Origin: Balanoglossus misakiensis | Taxonomy: Eukaryota; Animalia; Hemichordata | DNA: 64,000 nucleotides | Direction of reading: 5' to 3' | NCBI GenBank assembly: GCA_040954595.2 | Contig: CM082594.2 | Span: 270,208-334,207, forward strand | In this document: one piece after another, positions 12,656 through 25,874 of the stretch | How positions within the stretch are numbered: the stretch's first letter is position 1 | Layout: the number at the start of each line of letters is the position of its first letter | Translations under genes and position numbers: made by a program | The notes under the pieces: generated by a model | Told to the model about the DNA's origin: nothing | Database searches by the model: none | The model's input: only the letters and a program-made list of their open reading frames with translations

Positions 12656-12813
12656 ACTAACAGGTTTGACTGTATGTTGATCTGTGTCATGAATAGCAGA
12701 CATTTACCAATGACTGATTGTACAATATATGATTTCAGTGTCACATATACATGTATAAGACACTAAGTACAAACCCATACATCTTACTTTCTCTCCAAAT
12801 TGTAGATACTCAC

Positions 12814-12925
12814 AAACGCATGTATGTTGAATCCTGGTCTGCAACCACACTCTGGTAACTGGTTGGTGTGTTGCAATCTACTTGTTGGCATGGTGACCAA
12901 CCAGCTTGATCGCACTCATTGTCAT
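12814..12925 (-). pseudogene. Frameshifted calcium-binding EGF pseudo-exon
   Basis: cgcag|...|gtgagt, 112 bp: DDNECDQAGWSPCQQVDCNTPTSYQ / CGCRPGF / TCV. Confidence 0.75.
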
Positions 12926-13668
12926 CTGCGGGGAAAACACAAATATCATAAAATGTGTTAGAATGAATACATGTGAATTACAGTTTTCTTTGAGTACACA
13001 TTTGAAAATATACGATAAGAGAGCAAAATTGTGTGAAACTTAATAAATATCATCTGGCATATTATAACTTGGTCATTACATATGTTTATCTGTACCAGTA
13101 CTGTATACTGATAAACAAACAATGTAGTAACCACATTACATTTAACAAGGTAGTGTTTGAAAGCCAAAAATATCATGCACGAGACAACAAACTCATTTTT
13201 TGGCTCCGAAGTGTAAACAGGGGAGTCTGTCAAGTTGGGTATGAGCTACTAGTAGGCAACTTTCAGTCTCGAGAGACTATGGCATGATGCACTATGATTT
13301 AAAACAGCTTCGTGAGTGGCTTGTCAGACCAATACGGGAATGACAATCCTTCCTGCAGTTGGAGCACAAGAACTCTGATGCAGCAGTTTCAGTTGCGCAC
13401 TGCATCTTTCGCCGTCTGTCAAACTACTTCCATCCGTCAAGAATTCATACCATTTTCTAGTAGGGGTGTTTTTGGCGGTGGTGTGTAGCTTTGAGGTGTT
13501 GCGGAAGAATTGGAACAGGGGCAGAAATCGGAACGGATTAGCCAGCAGTGTTTTTGCTATCCGCGAGAAAAAAGTTTGGCGAGACGATTTTCATACAAAT
13601 TAGTCAAACTTGCGAAGCACTGCTATCTAACATCGTCGTTTGTTTTGACATGATCAACTTGCCATGAT

Positions 13669-14242
13669 TAGACTGTCGACAGTCCCTCGCGCCTAATGTG
13701 TATCGACTCGGCGTTTCGTTCGAGGGCCGTAAGGCCCGTATCTTTTGAGGGCCGAAGGCCCGATTCGGCGTTTCGTGGTGCGATGGCCGTAAGGCCTCGG
13801 GCGTGGGCGTGGCCCGAGGGACTGTTATACCTTGTTTCGCCCTCACACGGGCACTGTGGGAAAATGCCCCTGTAAAATGATTGACAGTTAATATACGTCA
13901 TAAACTCATAAACGGCAAAGATGTTTTTGTGGCGTCGCCAACGGGCACTGGGAAGTCTTTGGCGTATGAAATCGCACCTTTTCTCTTGGACAGGATCGGC
14001 GAATTTACCGAGGAACCGTCATCGATAGTTTTGGTTGTATCGCCGCTGATTTACGCCCCCATATGCAAATTTTACTACGTCATTTTCTGCACGCATAATT
14101 AATATCAAGGCAAGGCTTACAAGCTATAACAGTCTCTCGGGCCTTACGGCCCTCGCACCACGAAACACCGAATCGGGCCTTCGGCCCTCGCACGAAACGC
14201 CGAATCGATACACATTAGGCGCGAGGGACTGTCGACAGTCTA
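13669..14242 (+). mobile_element. AcademH-like deletion derivative with RecQ-type SF2 helicase remnant
   Basis: TIRs start TAGACTGTCGACAGTCCCTCGCGCCTAATGTGTATCGA (38 bp identical, more than 120 bp imperfect); 8-bp TSD GCCATGAT. Internal GKDVFVASPTGTGKSL...VLVVSPL (helicase motifs I and Ia). Confidence 0.8.
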
Positions 14243-15456
14243 GCCATGATCAGTGCACTACAATGCGTGAAAGTGGACCGCTGTTCTGTTCATTGATCAT
14301 CACCCCCTGTATCATGAACATTGTATAGCAATCCATTGAATTCAGCTCTTCCAGCTAGTGGCCGCACTCGCTTGATTTCCTGTGTGTGTCTCTGGGGACA
14401 CAAATAATGCATATGCGTCTTTTTCTAATTTGCATAGTTTGAATGGGTTAGGTGTGCCCTGACTTGAATGCGTCAAGCATACAGGTTGTTATGGAAGTTT
14501 CTTTTTAGAACCACTAGTGTTAGTCTGTGGGCCCAGCAGCAAAAAAGGTTCTAGAAATGGTATTATGTTGTATAGGAGTTTTGTTCTACATGAAATTAGC
14601 TGGAAATGACGGGTGGGAAACTATTGATGTGAAATCAGGTCACTTCTACCGAAAATGATGGACCAGAGAGCAATGACTATTTTAATTTATTTCATATACT
14701 ATGTTCACAACTGCTATGCTCCCATAAACTGGGGAAACTAAATGATTGTACTTTCTGTTTGAACAATTCATGTATTTTTTTCGCTACCACCTACACTACT
14801 ATAGTCAGCACATGACAGTATATACTTGAATATGGATAAATTTTATCAAAACACTTCAGCTGATCTTGAATGCTGTCTGATATTTTTTTTTCCAAATGTA
14901 TTTCTTTCACTTTTAGACTAGTACTTCTGCTTGCACTGTTTTTTTCAAAACACATTTCTCATAGTTGCACTGGTGCAATTTGATATGACATACACAATGA
15001 ATTCCATCAGTATAACATAAGATACAGAATCTGAGAGGGAAATGACAATATATTTGTGTGAGGCCATTTGTGAGTGCAGGCCATTTTTAAGACTTAATTT
15101 AAAACAGTTATTAGAGCCCAGGACAAGTGGTTTTTCCACCTGTCAAGCACCCACCTTATCAGGCTGCATTCAATATTACATGAGCAAATCAGTTCAGCAT
15201 TTCACTGTGGTGTTTGCACTGTTCTCCAAACATTCTGCTCGTCATCCACTACACACTGAGAGAGCACCAAGTGTCCTTGACGCTATATTTTTAATTTCTA
15301 ACTATGGAAAGTGCCTGATAACTTTAAATTATTTTCTTTTTTAACATGGTGACTGACTGTAATCTCTGCAACTTACAACTTCTGTAAGCACCCTTTTGTG
15401 GCAGGAAATGCAAAGCCATTGTTAGCCTATACCCTCCCCACTCAAAAAAAACTTAC

Positions 15457-15576
15457 CTAAACAATTGACATGATCTGCACTCAGAGAAAAACCATCATCA
15501 CCACAACTACAGCTGAATCCACCCTCTGCATTGTGACAACCTCCAGCACAAACAGAATCTGAACACTCATTCACAT
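15457..15576 (-). pseudogene. Calcium-binding EGF exon (frame open)
   Basis: ttcag|...|gtaagt, 120 bp, phase 1-1: DVNECSDSVCAGGCHNAEGGFSCSCGDDGFSLSADHVNCL. Confidence 0.85.
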
Positions 15577-15894
15577 CTGAAAACAGAAAACAAAAACATC
15601 CATTGTAATTATTCAAGTCAATACCTATCCTCCCTTCCTTTAAAAATTTTCTTAAATTGAACAAATTCACATGGCTTTGAAATTAAGTATTAACAGTGAT
15701 ATTTCTAATATTTCTAACAGGCCTGACTTTTCTAAACGTTCAGTTTCTTTGTGGATTTGTAGAAATGATGTACAAACTGAGCTGTCAGGTCATAACTGTT
15801 TGTGCTTTGGCATGAACACATATCCCAGAATGCCCTACAGGGTTGGCAAAGAAATTGATAAACTCTTCACCTAAAATTTCAAACTCGTAGATCT

Positions 15895-16312
15895 TAATTA
15901 TATAGATTCTCACACTCCTGGCATGCTGAGAGTGTGGGATCAGAGTGTAAGAACAAATCAATCCCACACACTCACTGAATCGAAAGCTGTATATGACGCG
16001 AGCGCTGATTGGATGACAAAGCGTTTTTCAATAACGTGCGCTAAATGTTATCCAATGACAGGATAAAGAAACTACAACATGCCAGATGACAACTCAAGAG
16101 TCATTTATTCAATGTTTTAAGACGAATTTGGCTAATTTGTGCCCGTGTGAGAAATATAATCTCATACACAAAGGACCTAGGATCATATTTCCCACACTTG
16201 TCAGGGATGTTTTGTCCCACATTCGCCTGCGGCTCGTGTGGGACAGAAAATCCCCAACTCATGTCAGAATTATGACCCCTAGTCCTTGGGAGTGTAAGAT
16301 TCTATTAATCTC
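15895..16312. repeat. Crypton-like element with terminal hairpin
   Basis: Hairpin centred on cattcgcctgcggctcgtg; atagattctcacactcc near the start is inverted to ggagtgtaagattctat near the end. Confidence 0.5.
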
Positions 16313-18074
16313 ACAACCTTAGGACCTGGGATAAGATTTCTCAGATGAGTTGGTGAAATTTTTGCTTGTGTTAGTCAACATATACCTGATAAGTGTAAAA
16401 AATTGCATCAAGGACACAGTGGTCCCATTCAGTCTACACGGAGTACATATACACAGTCAGATCGCACGGTGCTCATTTGCATATGAAAGTTTATCAAGCG
16501 AGCGACCGTTAACTTTCAAACAGACTGCAATAGGCCAATTTTCAAGGTGATTTTCAACTTGATTTTTATGCTCTGTTGTGCAATAAAATACCATGTTAGC
16601 TGGATAAATTACGAAAGTGATTCCCATTTTTCACTGCAGACGTAAATTTTATGAAAATCTGTCGGTAATAGTAGAAGTTTTTAACGTGTTTTCAGTGGTA
16701 TGTTGGTGACCCCGAAAGAGACGTCCACAAATGTGTCAAAAATCATTTGAAAACGACCTCGGAAGTTAACCAAACTTTCCTGACAGAGAGGTCTAATATC
16801 GGTCCCGACATCCGTGAAAAGAAATTAATTCGAAATGCTATTTTCCATATTATGATGTTCAGTATCAGTGATTGGTGATGGTGATTCTAATAGTGGTGAC
16901 TTATCTGTATATTTTGGGCATACCCCATACTTTTTCGATGTGGTACAGAATCCAGGGTTCCCATTATGTGGATTACTGCAGTCATTGCATTGACACGCAG
17001 GGCCACAACCATTGTGGGTCTTATAAACATTTACAACATCTGCTATTACAAGTTGGCATCTTTTTGCAGCCACACCCTTTTGTTAGCAACTCCAAATTAT
17101 TTTTCACTTTTTCTAAATTGGCATCACTGTCCCAAATAATATCAAGTTCGCCGTTGCTTAGTCTGTATCCATAATTATTGAATAAGGGAAACGTAACATG
17201 GCACTGATCGGCCTGGGACCATAACTGAGAGACCCAGCATGATCTTTTCCAGTGCAGTTGTAGGGCTTCAAAGGAAGGGATACATTCTTCCTCATACTGG
17301 ATACGTGGCCAAATTGTTTCTCGTATATATGTAAGCCATTTGATGTGGTTATCTTTAAGACTGTTAGTGACACTGGCTACTTGTTGATAAAGTTCAAAAG
17401 GATGAGATGCATCAAATGCTTGGAAATGTTTCTTAACATAAACACTACCTTTTAAACGTATGAAAGCGAAAATTCCATTCCCTACACTGTCTACTGTTGT
17501 GTCTATCAGTGTTCCAGGTATAAGGGTGCCACTAGTTATAAATTCAGGGTATTGAAAAAATGTCTTGTAGAAAGATATCTTTCCGATGCCTGCAAAGTAT
17601 AGTCACAACCTGTGCATATGAACACTGTTTGAAATATTTTGCCTACATATTGGAGGGGAATATGTTGCAAATAAGGGTCTAAATTTAAATCTGATTTGAA
17701 TTGATTCATGTCTAAATAAGTGAGATTGGATAAATCATTATCCAGTTGTACAAATATCTCCTTTTGAACATGTTGATATAGTACTGGGAGGAGAACATGA
17801 TAAGTATCGGTATCAGGGGAGTAAATAACACCTTTCTTGTAAGAGGACTGAACTGCATGAAGGATGCATCTACTGTCAGCTTCTTCATGACAACTTTTGG
17901 CTTCCCACTCAGACACAATTCCATTACTACCGACGAAAAGACTCTTGTCCCTATTTTCCCCATCAAAGCCACCTGCTGTAATGAGGACATGATCACCTTG
18001 CAGAGCCGGTACAATTATTTGTAAAGATGTGGCTGACAAGAAGTTCACTAGTTTTCTCTTGCTTGGCCTACAAT

Positions 18075-19060
18075 TAATGTATGTTTTGAGCTAATATTAT
18101 TGATTTCCTATTTTTATGCATTTGTTTGTATTTTTCCATGTTATTGGTAAAAAGTCTTCATTTCTGAAAGTGATGGGCTTACTTCTTTTAAATTTAGTAT
18201 GAAGCTTCCCAATTGTTGTCTGAGTAACCATAGTTTTGTTCAAATTGTTGCAAAATTTGCATATTTATAATTTTGAGCAATATTTGCCATTTTTGGTCAA
18301 TTTTTTTTTCTTTAAAACCGCATGCCAGATTGCTTTGCAATTTTGTAGGCATGTTCGTAGGTGTAACCCAAATAATATGTTGTAAAAAATGTGAAATTTT
18401 CATAAATGTGTTATAGGGGAAACTTTTTCAATTTTTGTCAAAAATTGTTTTCCTGAAACTGCTTGTCATATTGCATTGACCTTTGGCAGCATGTTCCTTG
18501 TAGTGGTTGAAGTAAGGTATTGTACAATTTTGTGTTTTTGCCACTTTTGAACAAATATTTTTTTGTGAAACTGCTTGTTGATTGCTTTGAAATTTGTTTT
18601 TTCTCTGATTGCTTTGAAATTTAGGATATAATTTCATAACACATACATGTATATGTGCAACTTTTATTCAATTCTGATATCACAAATATTCAATATTTAG
18701 CGAGTTTTTTCTCCTAAACCAATTGTCCAGTTGTTTTGAAAGTTACTGTTTACAAGGAGTTGTTACCCCCAACTTAGACATGTTTACATAACTTCAATAA
18801 GCCAGCTGTTAGAGAGACCATGGGCTATTAAATTGTTTATTACCAGTGGCAGGTCAGTGTGTGTGTCTGTCTGTCTGTCTGTTTCAGAGATGACTGAAAG
18901 AAGTTGCTTCTCATATGTGTTTGTACAGACAATTTTTGGTCAATTTTTTTTCTAGCACTACTTGTAAGACTGTAATGACACATGACAGTTTATTGGGCAT
19001 GTTCCTTGTTAATTTTTTTTACATTCCATATTTCTATATCGTAAGATCATATCTGCTTGC
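18075..19060. repeat. Repeat-derived insertion or intron interrupting the transposase
   Basis: No transposase frame; gattgctttgaaa / ttgtaggcatgttc subrepeats shared with 58850-59585. Confidence 0.55.
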
Positions 19061-21465
19061 AATGTCACCTGTAATTTGTATTGGGGTGTGTCACTGTTTC
19101 CGCATAATCCTCAAATGGGACCACAGTGTCCTTGACGCTATTCTTTGCTGTGTCATCTGAAAATATATTAGTTAGCTCCCTGGCGGTATTATGTGGTGAA
19201 AATACATCAGCACTTTCAAGACAATTGATATACAACCTGCAGTTTGACTCAAGTATTTTATGTACACTAACTGAATTATGGGTTTCATTTTGGAAAGGAA
19301 ATAACTGATCTTTTAGATTCTTGGCAGCCATAGCTCTATAGGGTAAATAAATTGCTATTCTCTCCATTAACCCACCTGTAGAAGTATGCAATGCAGCTTT
19401 AACATCTTTATTGACGCACATTTCATGGGCTTCATCTAGTGCTACATTAACCCAAGTTGAGCCTGACAAATTGCAAACAAAACCACCTGCTTTGAAATGT
19501 AACAACAGAGAGTTTGGCATCTTCAGAAGGTCAGCAAGATTTCTTGGAATTAACCTCAAGTACAGGGATCGGTCATATGCATGGAACAGTGGGTTTATTT
19601 TTTTCAAAGCCGATATTCGAAGGTTCCAATTTCCTGACCTTATTGCAATGTACAAAGACATGTATGCAAACAAATCTTCCTCTATAAATCTAACCCAAAA
19701 TTTGAAAGTTTTGTCTGTATTTGCCCTTCTGCTCAGTACGTGAAATATCCCATAATTCATTCTGATTTGTACAATCAGAGATTACTCAGTCAAACCAGGC
19801 AAAGTTCACATGTGTAGAGAGAATTGTAGACCACTAATAGAAATTTTGAGATCTTACTTTTAAGGTGAATCTTATTGTCAATTACCATTTCAAATGATTT
19901 AGAAAATTATGTATTATTGAGAGAGAAGATACGAATTTTATAAAATAATCAAGCAATTGCATAGCCAGCCATACCAAAAAGTTTGGAGTAAAACAGGGAC
20001 ACTTGAAACACCTGTTTAATCAAACAAAATGATATTGATATTTTCTTTTGACAGAACAATTGAAATTTACATGTTAACTTTCAACAGAGACTGGCCACCT
20101 CAGTCAATCATTGCTTGTTTCCTCATTGCTTGTTTCCTCCAAAGTGTGGCATTTGCAGTACATGAATACTTTGATTCTTATTGCTTTTAAATTTTGATTT
20201 TGGAATTTCACTCTAATTCCTCAACGTACTTTTCCTAGATAAACATAAATAGATTTATATGTACTTCATATCATTGTTAATATCTAAAACAGAAAAAGTT
20301 ATTAAATGGGCAACCTTCGATGATACAAATCATGGAGAATTGTGGGTAAAATATCGTACTGTGTTCTGTCACAAAAAATCTGAAATTCCTCTTGCAAGCG
20401 AGTAAGTTGAGCCTTAAGGTCACCATTAATTTTGTCAATATGATCAGCTTTATCTTCAGTACATTCCAAAGATTTTGTGACAGCTTCTAGTAAACATTTT
20501 TGGACTGTTTCTGTATTTAAGGGACAGTGCTGGGTATTATGGGTGTCACCCCTCTTATTCAAAAAGGAATTGACAATACATCTAAACATACTTTCCCAAA
20601 TTTGTGTTAGGAAGCGATGAGTTAGCTTGAAATTTGTACACTGTACTAGGGTTTCCAAAGTTCCCCCTTTATGATTGAACCCTGCCAGATGTTTTAGGCC
20701 AGCATCCCAGAATATTTTCATGATGACTGGTTGGTAATTTTTTAGAGTGTGCCAGTCTCTGATAAAAGGCTGCAACCAGTCTAAATTTGCACCATACATG
20801 TCTTTTAATTTTATCAGGTGATGGAAAGTTTTCCCATCACCAACCACAACCAGGTATTTTATTCTTACACCAACTCTGAATGTAACATATACAGCTTATT
20901 GATAATGTTATGGAAAGTTTCAATGGTGTCTGCGTGTTCACTTGATATGCCCAAATAAATGACATTTGAGCATTCACTTTCATTACTGTTAGCATTTGTT
21001 GCTAATGTTGATTTAAAATCCCCAAAAACTGTTTCTATATCAGCTCTGTGCATTGCATTTTTCTGTAGAGCAAAAATGAATTGTCAGAAAACAGTTCTGA
21101 CCAAGCAATGGCTTCTTCTTGTTTAATGTCAAAATCTGACAGCGAAATTGATGACCGTGGTTGATGTTGTCTCAGTAGAGGTGGTTTAAATACTACATCA
21201 TTATGAACAGTATCATTGGATTTTTTTCTCCGTAAATGTACGGGCTTTTCTCACAGGTGCACTCAAACCTGTACCAGTATTTTTTTAGATAGATCTGTCA
21301 ACCATGATTTTAGTATTATTTCCACAAATTGCCAAAAATTTCATTCATTTCATAGTCTACTGTATTTTGTGAACAAAAGCCACTGTTTAATTCCTGCCAC
21401 CGTTCAAATGAATTCCGTGCATTTTCACTCACCAGACTATCTTTACTTTTAATTAACTGCCTGTT

Positions 21466-21945
21466 AAGAAGCAAATCATAATGGCCTGGTTGACCTGGCC
21501 TGTCTGGTGTGTACAATAGACAGACAGGCTCAGTCTTGGAGAACACATCACCATCACCTCTTGCAAATATATCATTCTGCTTGGTGTATATATGTAATGG
21601 ACATTTTGCAACATACACTACAGATATCATTTCTGGCATACCAGCATATTCATCTGCCTTTTCCATACATTGTGTTCTGTGCAAAATGTCCATATAACGA
21701 GTGCCGTCTAACAGGACATCAAGTTGTGCATCATCCATTCCTTCAAAGTATATATGATTGGCACGCATTATGTCTACTGTATCTGCTCTTAACTTGTCTG
21801 CGAATATTTTCTCTCGGTCAGCTAAAATTGGGTCAGAAGGGAGTCCACTAGGTAAATGATCGCAATTTTGCAATGCAATATCATTTCTCACAGAGATGCT
21901 CCTGAAAAAGCACCTTCCATCACCATATATGTTGATTAGCTTAAA
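21466..21945 (-). other. OTU-family cysteine protease (deubiquitinase) domain within the transposase ORF 21316..22209
   Basis: IYGDGRCFFRSIS (Asp/Cys box), YAGMPEM (W/Y-G-x-x-E motif) and PGHYDLL (His box), in frame with the upstream DNID/HGT..QP transposase motifs. Confidence 0.85.
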
Positions 21946-24900
21946 ATCTTTGACAGTTGAATGTTTGTCATGACTGCCAAAAACAATATCATCAACACTG
22001 TTCAAAATTGACTTTGGTTTTGGTTGGACCATTTGATAAGAAGTACCGTGGAAACCTCTGTCCTTTGGATCAGCTCTAACAGCTGCATATTTAGCTGATT
22101 TATCAATATTGTCAATGGAAGTTATACAAAATGCATTATTTGCAATATTTTCCTCTGTGAAATCAGCTGATGTTCTTTTGTTGATAACTCCCAACATGTA
22201 TCTATGCAATGTATCTCCAGAACAAATAATACCAAATCAATTTAGAATTTTCACTAGAGTAGATGACCTACTATAACCTTCACCAATGTCAGCCAGGTAA
22301 GTATACAATGGGTAAGTACAATGATCAGAACAAGTGAACAATATCATACACACAAAACAAACGCCTGAGGAATCGTGCTCTACTCTCCATAGAGTGCTGG
22401 TCATAAAATCCATAGTAGTGTTTATTGCATTCAAAGTTGGGGCTTTTTAATTTACTGCATTCACTGTTGTTCAACGAATTGCTAGGACGTTGTGTTGACA
22501 TGTACACAGCGCGAGACAATGATTGACAGGCAGAATGTATCAAAATTCTGGCCCATGTGACTGACTCCGCGAATCTGATTGGTAGACAAGACGCAAAAGT
22601 GTAAAAACTTGAAAGTCGATTTCACTTTATGAATGAAAGTGATTCCATAATTAGCATATCTCGTTGGGGCCACAGATCGTTGCACAGGGGAAAGAACGTA
22701 ATCCCGCTAAATAAACTACAAGGCCGCTCGAATATTTTAGCGGGATATTGGAATATTGTATCCTACCTCTTCTAACGAAAAATAAGAAGACTGTTCATGT
22801 GATAAATATATAATCCCATGATATTTTTCTTTATTTAACGTCATCGTATACTCGTGGTTTTCGCGGAGTCTAGCAACTTCTTGCCTACAGCTCGAAGTTG
22901 CACGGCTCTGCGAAAACACTCGTATACGATGACGTCAAACAAAGAAAAATATCATGGGATTATATATAAAAATAGTATTCCATAACACAGGGTCAATCTC
23001 ACTGACAATATATTCAACATCAAGTGTACTCAGATCAACTGTGTTTGTTTTGCAGTAATTACTGAATTTTTAAGATTGCTGATAAATGCTGACATTTAAT
23101 TTCACAGCCACCAAATCAAGCATTTTGAAAAAGTCAACGTCAACTTTACTCAAGTCTCATACTTGCTTTTCAAGCCTCTCTATCTGTTTCTCAGCTTGCA
23201 CAACATACTGGGGATGTTCGACAAGTGCATTTTGGAGGGAATAGTGAGATCTGAACCCGTTCGGTACAAAAAGGTGGAGAACTTTCTACTCACTTTTGAT
23301 ACAACAGAAAAGTGAATTGGATAATACACACATAGAAATTCCCGAATAAGCCAGCTATTAGGTTTTCTGTGGAATTCCACTGGTTGTACCTTGACCTTGG
23401 GTCGCAAAGTCTGATATTCATCATCTAAACAATCATTGAAATATTGCCTGACGTCAAACAATAGAATGGCGTGTTTTCTGAGGAGCACTTCTCCTAAAAA
23501 GACAGCAGTTTTCCAGCATGCAAAATTCACCAAGTCGGTGTCACAGCTGCAGCCTTTTTGTAGCATTGTGACATATTTTTTAATTTCTTCAGCAAGTGCT
23601 ATATCACTCGACATAATTAGGCCTTGTTGAATACTACACCTTGCTTTTTCCGCTAAAGCAACAAATGTTTTATATCATTTCAAACAAATCAGGCTGTCTT
23701 GAGTAAGGGCAAATGGTGTGTTAGTTTGTTGGTGAAATGTTTGCACCATATCAAAATCAGGGATTTTAAACAAATTGTTTGCCCGCGATAAGCACGAAGT
23801 ACACAAGGGATGGCTTTTTCTCATAGCAAGGATGTACTGACATTGACACAGTGGAAATGATGAAAATCCTTTAAAACCTGAGTTGTCTATACTCAATTTT
23901 GTACACAGTCCTGTTCGCCTGAAATCAGGTCTATAATGTCGCGTAAAAAAATGGCCTATTTCGCGACCCTTCAGCGGGGCCCACGGTAACGGCTACATGG
24001 TATGAAGTACTTTCCCTCATTAACATATGTTAATGAGTACCATGCGATCTGACTGTACAGACACACATACACAACGAGAGATTAACAGGCAAACACTGGC
24101 TGACCCATAAGCTGCCAATGGCATGTGTACTGTACACACAGCAAATGGTCTCTTTAACAGATAGCCAGTTATGAAAACATGCAGTTACCAATCACTGTTA
24201 TTATTGACAAATTGCATCCAAGTCCAGACCCAGGCTTGAATACAATTTTTAAACAATAACAACATTGCTTACCCTGCTTCACCGAGCTGAACAAGAAATG
24301 ATGGTTGATAACAAGCATAATACTGAATAAAAATTCAAAAGTTACAGATATAGGACCTTTCGTTGCCCACATATTATATTACCATGGTCTGTGCGTCGCA
24401 TTTTAATTGGGCAAGATGAACGACATCACTGACCACAAATACCCAGTAATGGTTTGTTTACATGCCCGTAAATCTGAATAGTAATATTAGCAAATAGTTC
24501 AGTGAACACAACATTTTGCATAACACAAGTTCTGGGGCCCCTAGTCTTGTGTGTGGGACATTTTCATAAATATTGATGGTTTTCTTGAGATTGTTGGTAA
24601 TGTAATGGAAATAAATGTAGGGCTCGGGCTCTAGGAAAGCCAAATTTCATGGGCTCAGAAGCCTTGCCCATGAATTTTGGGCTTTCCCCTCGCCCTTGCC
24701 CAAAAACAAACGTTAATGGTCAGGGCGTTGTGCATTATTTCTATATTGTGTTGATCTTACCTGTACACTCTCCATTGACCAATCAATATTCCACAGCACA
24801 AGTGCAATAAAAAGAGCCTGCTGTATTCACACACTGGCCTCCACAAAGATCTGCTCTCTCCATATATTCATTGAGAAAAATCTGAAATCTGAAATCAAAG

Positions 24901-25874
24901 GTAGTTATTATTAATAAATTTATTATTATTTATTTCCTAACAAAAGTAATACACATACATCTCAGTGCATTTTCTACAGAAAATAATAAAATTAGAAAAC
25001 AAGTGAAAGCTTAAAGGATAAAAATTACACTTAAAAACCCCAAACAAACAGAAACAGTCCTGAAAGACAATCCCTATAAACCAAAAAAGCAATGGAATGA
25101 AATAGTGCTGAATAAAAGGACGAGTCTTAAAAACCCCTTTGAAAACTGTCAATAGATCCAGCATTGTGGATAGAAGGTGCACAAACACTGAATCCTCTTT
25201 AGCCATATGCCTTGTTAAGTTTTGAAATGATCATTCACGGTGATGAGTTATCAAGAATATACCCGTTAAAAATTACTGTCCCCTCAGAGAAGCATTTTGT
25301 AATGAGATGAAAACTATATGAATTTTCTAAGTGTATATTTATTCTTTGCAGAGGTAATTTACTTAGCTATAGGTTGATAATTTATGTTAATTTCATTGAA
25401 TTATGCAAATAAGTAGTGAAAATACTTGTACATGAATATATCAGACAGTCTTATAGTGTCGTGTGAGGTTGATGACACATATTCTTAACCACATATTTCT
25501 TGATCAATTAATTGTGTTTACACCAAAGTCCTCAATATCCATGGCAATCTCTTCCTAGGAATTTTAACACTCTCTCCAAAATCCCCTGAAACTTGTGTAC
25601 CCTGTCAGCAAAACTTTGTCTGATTTTTAAAATACAGATTACTTCTTCACCCTTGCAAACACATTTTCAAAGATAAGTTTTCACATTTGTTAATTTGTTT
25701 ATATTATGCATAATTATAATTGGAACAATTCTAAGATACAATTTCAACAAACATGTGTTCAGTATAAGTGTGCGGTTGATTACAAATTTTAAAATGTGTG
25801 CAATGGATAGACAGGATGTGTGTTTAGCTGATTGTAACCATAGCAATATGCAATCCCCAAACAGTGTAGCCACA

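Larger units (their letters stand above)
16825..23896 (-). pseudogene. Academ transposase pseudogene (N-terminal Cys region, DDE core with OTU insert, XPG/FEN1-like nuclease, Cys-rich C-terminus)
   Basis: Ordered fragments: PLYTYLADI..SSTLVKILN*FGIICSGDTLHRY; SIDNID..HGTSYQMVQPKP; VGDGKT..WL.P..DWHTLKNY; IRSGNWNLR..PLFHAYDRSLYLR..VALDEAHE..NKDVK; CHEEADSRCILHA..SPDTDT..GCDY; FIRLKGSVYVKKH..LHWKRSCW; GCGCKK..CGPACQCNDCSN. Broken by stops, frameshifts and insertions. Confidence 0.85.
16454..24055 (-). mobile_element. Full-length decayed Academ (AcademX-type) DNA transposon carrying an OTU domain
   Basis: Left TIR CAGTCAGATCGCACGGTGCTCATTTGCATATG (from 16454) matches the right TIR reverse complement CAGTCAGATCGCATGGTACTCATTAACATATG (ending 24055) at 28/32. 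4-bp TSD TACA at 16450-16453 and 24056-24059. Internal minus-strand transposase/XPG/Cys fragments. Confidence 0.88.

Noticed and set aside
13881-14102. Host RecQ helicase gene
   Set aside because: Only motifs I/Ia are present, enclosed by TIRs and a TSD, so it is a transposon remnant.
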